Positions 48,137 to 57,100 of a stretch of 64,000 nucleotides of DNA are shown one piece after another. A program made the position numbers and the translations under genes. Numbering within the stretch: position 1 is the stretch's first letter; every line of letters begins with the position of its first letter. The notes below the pieces were generated by a model, which saw nothing but the letters and a program-made list of their open reading frames with translations, did no database searches and was not told where the DNA came from. Location: NCBI GenBank assembly GCA_040756875.1, contig JBFLYH010000002.1, positions 981,246-1,045,245 of the forward strand, read 5' to 3'. The DNA is from a candidate division FCPU426 bacterium (lineage in GTDB: Bacteria > Oederibacteriota > JAAXVQ01 > JAUVAV01).

Positions 48137-50878
48137 ATGTCCCGCGTTTCCTGGGGCGCCCTTAGCCTGGGCGCCCTTTTCCTGATCGGCCAGGTGGTGA
48201 TACTGGCCGGAAATCCGCCGCTGGGAGGCGCTGCCAGCCTCCTGGCCGTGGCGCTCAGCCTCGGCTGGTGGCTGAAGCGTTCCGGCAAGCCCATTGCGCC
48301 CTGGGTCGCGGTGGCGGCCCTGGGCTGTGCGGCCTGGGCCCAGGCCCTGGTGAAAGCCGAGCCCAAGGACGCGCTGTGGCTGTTTATTTTGTCCGGCCTG
48401 CTGCTTTTTTTGGCCAAGCCCGCCGGGCTTGGCTGGAAAGAGGACGGCGCCGTGCCGTCCGGGCGAGCGCCCCTGGAAAAATGGGAACCCTGGTTTGTGC
48501 TGGGGTTGCTGGGGCTGGCAATAGTGACGCGCTTCGTACCGATCAACGGTTTTCCCTTTGGGTCCATCGCCGAGGAAGCCCAGCACGTGCCCGTGCTCGA
48601 GGGCGCCATGGCCAGCCAGGTTTACGTGCCGCATTTCACGCACGGCAATATGGGCACACCCACCCTGATGAGCTACCTCGGCGCGGCCGCGTCCCGCGTT
48701 TTTGGCCGGCACATCAACAGCTACCGCATGGGCGTGGAGTTGTTCAGCGTCTTTTCCATCCTGGCCTTCTATTTCACAGCCCGGCGGGCAAGTTCGCCTT
48801 TCACGGCCGCGGTCACCAGCATCCTCTATTCGGTCTCCCTCTTGCACCTCACGCTCTCGCGGCGTTTTTATCCCTACATCGTGATTTTTTTACCCGTGGT
48901 CCTGGGCTGGGGGCTGTGGCTGGAGGGGCTGGCGCGCAGGCGCTGGTACTGGTTTTTCCTGGCCGGCCTGGCCGCGGGATTCAGCCTGCACGGCTATGAA
49001 CCGGGCCGGGGTGTGTTTCTGATCTTTTTAGCCTGGGCTGCCTGGATGTGGCTGGCCCACCGCCCCCGCCGGATGGTGAAGGGACTCACCCCAGGGGACT
49101 CCCTGCAGCCGGCTTCGCCTGGCCCCGCCCTGCCCTCTGGCCGGGACTTCGCCCTGTTTTGGGTGGGGTTCCTCATAGTCGCCGGTCCGATTTTTTATCA
49201 TATGAGCGTGCATTGGGACAATTACTGGCACTATGTGGCCAGCAAGAACCCCAACCGCACGCAAACACTGGCTGCGTATGTCAAGCAGGTGTGGTCCTTG
49301 GTCGGCGTTTATGCGCACTTGTTCCAGGTTAAGAGCGACGGCAATTACACGATGTACACCACCTACCAGCCCCTGCTTGACCCAGTGACCAGCGCCCTGT
49401 TCGGGCTGAGCTTCTTTTTCGTGCTGGCCCGCGCCTGGCAGCCCATGCCTTCCTTTGTCCTGCTGTTCTTTTTCGCCGGCCTGGCGCCTGCGCTGATCGG
49501 CGGCGGGGAGGAGCATCCGACCGCCCGCCGCACCTGCCTGGCCACCCCGGCCATCTATCTCATCATAGCCTTGGGCCTGGAGCGCCTGCGGCTGCTTTTC
49601 CGTCAGGGCCTGCCGTCCTGGGGGCGCAGGATCTTGCTGGCCGCGGCTGTTTTCCTGACCGCGGGCGTGGCCGCCTATTCGCTGCATTACTACTTCTTCG
49701 TGTTCGGCGACTCGCCCGAGGCGCGGACCGGGTATTGCTGGCGCGGCTTGAAGATCGCCCAGGCCCTGGACGCCCATCCCAAGGCGTACAGCCGGCTGCA
49801 ACCCCTGTTGTATCACGAACAGATTTGGGTGCTGGCCAAGCACCCCGGACAACCCGGGCTAGTGCCCACCCAGGAGGACCTGCTGGTGCTGGCGCCTGAC
49901 CAGGACCAGCAGCTCTTTTTGGAAGGCTACATGGAGCCGACCCTGCCGTTTTGGCGCTCCCAATTTCCCAACGCGCAGGTCACCGTTTACCGGGAGAAAT
50001 ATCCGGACCGGCCCTTTTGCGAGACCTGGCCGTACTTCAAACTGGGCACGGATCCCAACAATCCGGCCACGTACTTGATCCAGATCAACATTCCCAGGCA
50101 GGACGTGGCGTTTTTCCAAATGCTGGTGGACGCCACCACCGGACAGCACCTGCCGGTCTGGAATCCCGAGTTCGGAGCCGGACTGGTTCCCGGCCAGCGC
50201 CTGCGCCTGGCCGGCGCGGTGGTCACCCATCCTGGAGCGGTTTATTCCTGGAAACTGGGCTGGCTTGGCTGGCAAATAACCGTGGACAAAAAACCCGCGG
50301 AGTGGAGCCAAGACATCCCTCTGGACCAGGGCGTGCACTATTTCGAAATTTCCGGGCCGGTTCCTGCCGGCTGCGAGGGTCCGCTGCCCCTGGTGGTGCT
50401 GGAAAACGGCCGCAATGTGCAGCGCCTGGGGAGCGTGGTGGGGTTGCCCGCCAGGCAGGGCATGCTGGCCGAATACCGCAACAGTCCCAGCCGCTGGGAC
50501 GGGCCGGCTGAGGTTACCAGCCAAAAGCTATTCGGCCAGGAGCGATTCTACAGCGTACCTCCGGGCTTTGGGCTGCCGTTGTCGGCGATTTACCGCTGCC
50601 GGCTGCAGGTGCCCGAGGACGGCGAGTATTCTTTCGAGACCAAGCATTTTTCGCGCTGCCGGCTGCTGCTCGACGGCCGCGAAGCTTTCAATAACTTCAA
50701 CAATGTACAGGCGCCCGTGATCACGCCCATGGCCCTCGCCGCCGGCAAGCCGGTTGCGCTTGAAGCCCAGTTCATCGTCGAGGGCGAAACCCTGACCATG
50801 ACTTTTCAGCTTTTTTACCGCCGTCCGGGCCAAAAACAGGCGCAATGGGTGCCCATGGAGTGGCTCCGGTTGCCTTGA
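48137..50878 (+). CDS. large GT-C-like membrane protein with C-terminal PA14-like domain
   Basis: 913 aa; polytopic; acidic loop motif SIAEEAQHV; C-terminal beta-sandwich-like region (YRCRLQVPEDGEYSFE...LLLDGREAF). Confidence 0.5.
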   Translation: MSRVSWGALSLGALFLIGQVVILAGNPPLGGAASLLAVALSLGWWLKRSGKPIAPWVAVAALGCAAWAQALVKAEPKDALWLFILSGLLLFLAKPAGLGWKEDGAVPSGRAPLEKWEPWFVLGLLGLAIVTRFVPINGFPFGSIAEEAQHVPVLEGAMASQVYVPHFTHGNMGTPTLMSYLGAAASRVFGRHINSYRMGVELFSVFSILAFYFTARRASSPFTAAVTSILYSVSLLHLTLSRRFYPYIVIFLPVVLGWGLWLEGLARRRWYWFFLAGLAAGFSLHGYEPGRGVFLIFLAWAAWMWLAHRPRRMVKGLTPGDSLQPASPGPALPSGRDFALFWVGFLIVAGPIFYHMSVHWDNYWHYVASKNPNRTQTLAAYVKQVWSLVGVYAHLFQVKSDGNYTMYTTYQPLLDPVTSALFGLSFFFVLARAWQPMPSFVLLFFFAGLAPALIGGGEEHPTARRTCLATPAIYLIIALGLERLRLLFRQGLPSWGRRILLAAAVFLTAGVAAYSLHYYFFVFGDSPEARTGYCWRGLKIAQALDAHPKAYSRLQPLLYHEQIWVLAKHPGQPGLVPTQEDLLVLAPDQDQQLFLEGYMEPTLPFWRSQFPNAQVTVYREKYPDRPFCETWPYFKLGTDPNNPATYLIQINIPRQDVAFFQMLVDATTGQHLPVWNPEFGAGLVPGQRLRLAGAVVTHPGAVYSWKLGWLGWQITVDKKPAEWSQDIPLDQGVHYFEISGPVPAGCEGPLPLVVLENGRNVQRLGSVVGLPARQGMLAEYRNSPSRWDGPAEVTSQKLFGQERFYSVPPGFGLPLSAIYRCRLQVPEDGEYSFETKHFSRCRLLLDGREAFNNFNNVQAPVITPMALAAGKPVALEAQFIVEGETLTMTFQLFYRRPGQKQAQWVPMEWLRLP

Positions 50879-51019
50879 CGATGAAAGACACCCCTCCCCA
50901 GGCATTATGGTGGGAGGGGTTAGAGGAGGAGAGTAACTGATGAAAATGGATATGCTCAAATTTAATTATGCATGGAAAATTTGGGCAACCCGGTCTAAAT
51001 AAGCAGGAAGATAATCATT

Positions 51020-51128
51020 CCCCCTCGCCCCGCGGGAGCGGGGAGAGGGTGGGGTGAGGGGTACAACTAATAAATCTGGGGATGACCCTCACCCTAGCCC
51101 TCTCCCTATTAGTAAGCAGGGAGAGGGG
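51020..51128. repeat. composite G/C palindromic element (CCCTCxCCC / GGGxGAGGG family)
   Basis: Hairpin CCCCGC-GGGA-GCGGGG; GGGAGAGGG (51040-51048) and GGGTGAGGG (51052-51060) mirrored by CCCTCACCC (51086-51094) and CCCTCTCCC (51098-51106); another GGGAGAGGGG at 51119-51128. Confidence 0.7.
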
Positions 51129-51156
51129 AAGCGTTGTCTAAGATCCGGGAGATGGC

Positions 51157-54100
51157 ATGGTACTGCGCAAGCGGCAAAGCTCCATAACCCTGTTGCTTTC
51201 CTTATTATTAGTCATACCGCCCGGTACGCTGCAAGCCAAGAGCCAGCCCGAACCAACCGAGCCTTCCACCCGCCCTGAGCGCCTGACTCCCGAAATCGTC
51301 GTCCTGGTGCCGGATGTGCTGGATTCGGCCAAGACCTTAGCCAATGCCAGGCAGCGGTTGATCAAACGCGGCTTGAAATCCCGGGACGTGGTCGTGACCG
51401 CTGAACAGCCGGGGTTCAGTCGTTCGGGCGGGTTGGACCAGCAGGCGCGGCAGCTGGAAAAAATCCTGATTGATCTGAAAATCCGTCAGCCAAGCGCACG
51501 GTTGCACGTGGTCGGCAAGGGCAGCGGCGGCTTGGTGGTCCGGCAGTACCTGGCGAGGCAGGCGGGCCTCGGGCCACAGGCAGTGACCGTGGAAAGCGCG
51601 GTCGGCTTGGGCGTGCCGCACCACGGCCGCTGGTGGGCGGGCGTGGCCAGCAGCCTGGGCGCCAAGTCGCAGGCCCTGGCTGACCTGGCGCCGGGTTCTG
51701 CGTTTTTAAACCAGCTTAACCAGCCCATTGAAGCGCGCCGGGCCGAGGTCAGGCGCGTGCAGGGTGTGCTGGCCAGCCTGCGCCAGCCGAACCTGCGGGC
51801 CCAGGTCCGGGGCAAACTGTCAGCCATTGAAAGCCAGCAGGCGGACATACGCGAATCCGTGGAGCGGGCTCTGCACTTTCCACAGCGCGCCGCTTTGAGT
51901 CCTGATGACCAGAAACGCCGCCAGGAAGCGGAACGGTTCAAGGCGAAACTCAACCGCCTTCCGGCCGCGGAAGCGCGGCACCAAGCCGCGTCCCTGGCCG
52001 CTGCCAGCCAGCGCCAGGTTCTGGCCGCGGAAAAATTCGCAGGACAATCCCTCCCTTGGCAGGCGCCGGCCCGGCAATCAACCCGTACGGCCGAAGAGGC
52101 CCTGGTTCGCGCCCAACAAACCCTGCTGGAAAAACTGTCCCAGCCCCAGGCCAAGTTGCCGGCCGGATTCCAGCCGCCGAAGACCCAAGCCCAGCCAGGG
52201 CAATGGCTTTCCGTTTTGCAGGCCCTGGAGCACAGCAGCCAGGCTGCGGCTGAAAAAGCCGCCAGCCAGGCTGGCGGCCTGCAAAAACAATTCGCGTCCC
52301 TGGATTTCGAAGGGCTCGAAGCCCGTTTAAAAAACGCCGGCACGGAGGCAGCGGGGCGCCTGCCTGCCGACTTGCTGCAACTCAAGCCCCAGCACATGGC
52401 CAGGGACCTGGAGCGCGCCGCGCGCAAATATGAAACCGCGGCTGCGTTGGAAGCTGCCTGGCGGCAGAGCCAGGCCGGCAAAGAGCAGTGGCTCGATCAA
52501 GTGGAGCGGTTGACCCAGGTCGCGGCCAAACAGCAACTGGCCCGGGACCTGGCGGCGTACGCCGCAAAGGCCGGACTTGCGCCGGCCCGGCTGCGCGCCG
52601 GGGCGGCTGAGGCAGGGGATTTGCCCGAGCGCGCCCAGGCCGCGTACCGCGCGTGGCGCCAGAAGGAAGCCGCCCTGGACCAGGCTTTTGCCGCGGCCAA
52701 GGAACAGGGGTTGGAAACAATCGTCAAACCCGAGTTTTGGAAACTGCGCGAGCGGACGGCCCAGGTGGCTGAGCGCACCCACCAGGCGATTGCGCGCGAC
52801 AGCCTAAAAGCCTGGGAAGGACTGGCAGCCCTGCGCCTGGGGCCCGCGGCCAAGGAACAGGCCATGTTCGCCCAGGCCACTGAGCACCGCCTTAACCGCG
52901 AACTGGCAGCCTGGAAGCAGGAACTGCTGAAGCCGGATTGGGAAGCGCGCTTTTCGCAGGCTGCCTCGGCCCTGAACCGCAGCCTGCCGGCGGCAGAACA
53001 GGCCGGAGCCTTGAAGCAGGCTTTAGTACAGCAGGCAGGCGCTTTGCAGTCGGCTTTGGCCGCTGTTCGTTCCGACCTGGCGGCGCGTGAGCGGCAAAGC
53101 GCCTGGGAGCGGTTGGCAGCTGACAGCCGACAGGCAGCTGCGCAGTTGCTGCAGCAACAAGCGGATCATGGCTTCGTGGCCGACGCCCTGGCTGCCGGCA
53201 ATTTCCTGGCCGCCGGCAGAAAACAGGAACAGCAACGCCTGCTGGACCTGGTCAGGCAGAATGATCCGGCTGCCAGCCGTCAGGTGGCGGTGCTGGCCCA
53301 ATTGGCGCTTCAGCGCCACGGGCTGCAGTCCAGGCTGCTGGAGACCGGCGGCCTGGATGCAGGGCCTGCCCCGCAGTTGCTGGAGCGGATCGCCGGGCAA
53401 GCCAAGGCCCTGGGGCTGAAGACCGCCCTGCCACCCAAAGCAATGGAGCACCTGGCCCAGGCCCAGGAGGAGCGGCAAAACCGCTGGAAACAACTGAACA
53501 CCAGCTGGAAGCGGCAGTGGTCGCAGGCTGTCCAGGAGGACCGCGAACGCAACCAGCCGGCCAAAGCCTGGTCAGCCTGCCAGGAGACAGTTGCCGTCAG
53601 CCGCAGCCTGGCTGTGCTGGAAGACTGCTCGGCCGCGCTTTCGCAAATGAAATCCTGGCGGGATATGGGAACCCAAGCCTCGGGCCAGCAAGGCCGCTGC
53701 CAGGTCCTGGAGCAGCAGTTGTCCGCTTGGCTGCAAACGTCCGGACTTGGCAGCCGGATCCCGGCCGTGCAATCAGCCGCAGCCGCGGCCCAGGAAAAAT
53801 TTGCGCCCGCGGCCTGGCAAGCCATTCTCAGCCAGTGCGGCCAGAAGCAGGAACAGGCAAGCGCCAGACTGCAAAACTTGAGGCGCGAACTGGCCAGGCA
53901 GCCTGAATGGATTTTGCCGCAAGTCGCCGGAGTGTCGGAACAGCTGGCTCAGGCAGCCCAGGACCCCAGCCGGATCAAGGGCTTGTTGCTCGAAATTTCC
54001 GGCTTGCGCGAGCAAACCCAAAAACACCTGACACAGGCGCGGGAACAAACCCTGGAGGCGCTCTGGCCCGGACAGGGCAAGGGGAAAGCTTCGGCCCTGG

Positions 54101-57100
54101 GCCAGGAGTTGAATCAAGTTTTATCCAGCCTGCAGGACTACCGCCAGTTGAGCCGGATGAATGCCCAGGCTGATACCCTGCAAGACCTGCTGTCAGCGAA
54201 AGCGCTGTTGTGGCAGCAACAGAATCTGCAAGCCCAAGGGCTCGGAGCGGTCAAGACCCTCGAATCCCTGCTCGCCCAAACAGCCGGAATCCCGGGCAAA
54301 CCCTCCGGGCAAGTCTTCAGCCAGATCACCGCCACCCTGAGCCTGATGCAAAAGCTGACTGCCAACCAGATGCAATCCGCGGGATTGCTGCCAGGCCTTA
54401 TGGATCGGGAGTGCGGGATGCCGGCCAAAGCCGCGCTCCAAAAAGAATGGAGAGCCTGGCTGGACGGGCAGTTTTCCGCCCAGCAAGGCTTGGATTGGGC
54501 CGGCGGGCAGCTTCAATTAAGCACAGTGCTGTCAAACCCAGGGGCAGGCTGGCGGCAACAGACCAACGCCCTGGCCACTGGCATGCTGGAGAATCTGGTG
54601 GACCAGGCGGCTGAGCGCCAGATCAGCCTGGGCCTGGCTGAAGTGCAGCGCTTGAGCAACGAGGCGCGGGAACTGCTTTCAGCGCCTGTGCGCCAATTGC
54701 GCGCCGAACTGGGGCAATTGGGGCTGTTGGACCCAAGGCAGGATCAGGGGCCGGGCCTGAGTATCGTGTCCTGGGCGCAGCATTTCGTGCAGCAGGGCGT
54801 GGCCCAGGGCGTGGCGCAGGCCCTGGCCAGCCTGGAGCGGACGCAGGCCCAGTTCAGCAACCGCCTGGAGCGGGGCCTGCTGGAACTCGCGCGCGCCCAG
54901 GCCACCATGGCGATCAATGCCCTGAGCGGCCAATACGCGGGCCTGGCCGTTGAGGTGAAGCGCCTGTGGGAGGGCGTTGGGCCTGAGGCCGGCGAAGCGT
55001 TGAACCTGCAGGGATTGCTGAACGTGGCCCAGGACCAGGAGTTTCTGCAAACCTGGCAGGAAGATATCTTCAGCAAACTGGTGGCGGAGAATCCCTTGCA
55101 GGCTGACCTGGGACGGCTGGGCCAGGTTGCCTCCTCGCTTCAGGCTTTGATCGACCAGCCGGCCAGCCAGCTCGGCGACTGGCTGGTGAGGAGCGGAGTG
55201 AACCTGGGCGTGGAGCGGCTGCAGTCCCTGCAGGCCGAAGCCCAGAAGCTGCTGCACGAGGCTATGACCACGGGCGCGGTCAACGAGCTGCGGACGCGCC
55301 TGAATGCCGTTCTGCTCAAGTTGGACCAGGAAGCAGGCCGCTTGAGCCGTTATCTGGACCAGACCCTGGCCAAGCTTCCGTCCGGAGTGGTTCCCGCGGG
55401 CTTGCGGGACGCGCTGCGGGAATTGCGCGACCTGCCCGGCACCCTGGCTGCCGGGATCGACGGCCTCATGCAGGACGTGGAGAGTTACCTTGCCAACCAG
55501 GTGCTGCAGTCCGGATTTGACCGCCTGAACGCCATGCTCAACCAGTACGGCGGACAGGCGTCCTTGTGGGCCGTGGGCGCCAGGCTGCAATTGTCGCTGA
55601 CCGAGATTTCCAGCCTGGGCCAAACCGCGGTGGCGCAGTTGGAAGTGTCCCTCGCGGATCTGGGGACCGGAAATCTGACCGGTTTGTGGGAAAACGTGGC
55701 AGCCGGGCTCTCGGATTTCGGCGGGAACCTTCTGAACCTGCTGCAGGATTTCGTGGCTAGCGCGAGCCCGGTGGATTTGGGCGGGTTTCTCAACATCACG
55801 GGCCTGGCTGATTCGCTGTGGGCCTCGGCCGGCGAAGTGCTGGGGCAATTCACGGGCCTGTTCGAGCTACAGGTGCCAATGGCCGGCGATTGGTGGCAGG
55901 CAGACGAGCTGTGGCAGCAGTTGTCCGGCATTTTCAATGCGGAGAACTGGCAGCTTGATTTCTATCAGGCTGCGGACGGGTTCCTGCGCAATATCAGCGA
56001 AAACCTGGAAAACCTGCTCAACTCGGGTCTGGCCTGGGTGAACGACCGCTGGACAGAATACATGAACCAGGCGCGGGAATACTGGGACATCCTGGCCGGC
56101 GGGCCTGGCCGGTGGTGGGATGAACTGGCCAGCGGCCGCTGGGACCAGAGCCTGGGCAACCTGATGACGCAATACCTGCCGCCTGAATACCAGCCTGCTG
56201 TGAGCGCCCTGCAGCAGGTGCGCCTGGCGTTCAACGCGGACTTTCAGCTGAGCGCGGAGTGGATTACGAACATTTTGGACAACTTAAGCGCCTACCTGAG
56301 CGAGGACGCGCGGGCCGTGTACCAGCAGGTGCGCGAGTTATATGATACGGGCAGCGAATATTATTCCGCTGGCAGCGACATCCTCAACGCCATTTCGAGC
56401 GGGGATGTCACCAGCGTGCTGACCAACATCAGCCGCCTGGGCAGGTTTCATTTCAACACCGGCGGACAGATGTACCAGTGGGGCAAAGGCCGGGCCAATA
56501 AAAAAGGGAAGTACGACGGCCAGGCCCTGTCGGCTGCCAGCGAGGAAGAAGTGCTGGCAGCGTACGTCAATGCCCTCCCAGCCAGCATGCGCGAACAGGC
56601 CCTGCGGATGCTGGAAAACGGAACCCTGCCCGGCAGTAATCCCGAACGCGAAATCGACGTCGCGGACTACGACCCGGACGTGGACGGCCAGCCAGCTGGC
56701 CCGGCAGCCTATGAAGCCGCCCAGGAAGCTGACGCGTCTGCCACTTTGCCAGATGTAGCAGCCGCATCCGCTTCGGATCGTCACCCCGGCGTGCCTGAAG
56801 CCGGGGTCCAGGAGCAAACTCCCCCCCGCAGGTCCCCCTCTTTGCCAAAGAGGGGGCGGGGGGAGTTGGATAGTGGCTTAGGCGGGAACGACAGTCAAGG
56901 CTCAACAACCGATGAGGGTGATGCTTCTGCTGCCGGCACCCAGCCAGGCGGTGAAGGCGAATCCGGCCCCCCAGACCTCGGCCCGCCGCGCATGTCCGGC
57001 GTGCCCACCCCGCCGCCTGTAAAGCAGAGCTTGTTGGATAAGATGAAAAATGTATACACCAACCTAAATCCAGTTGGATTATCCAAGAACGCCGCCCAGG

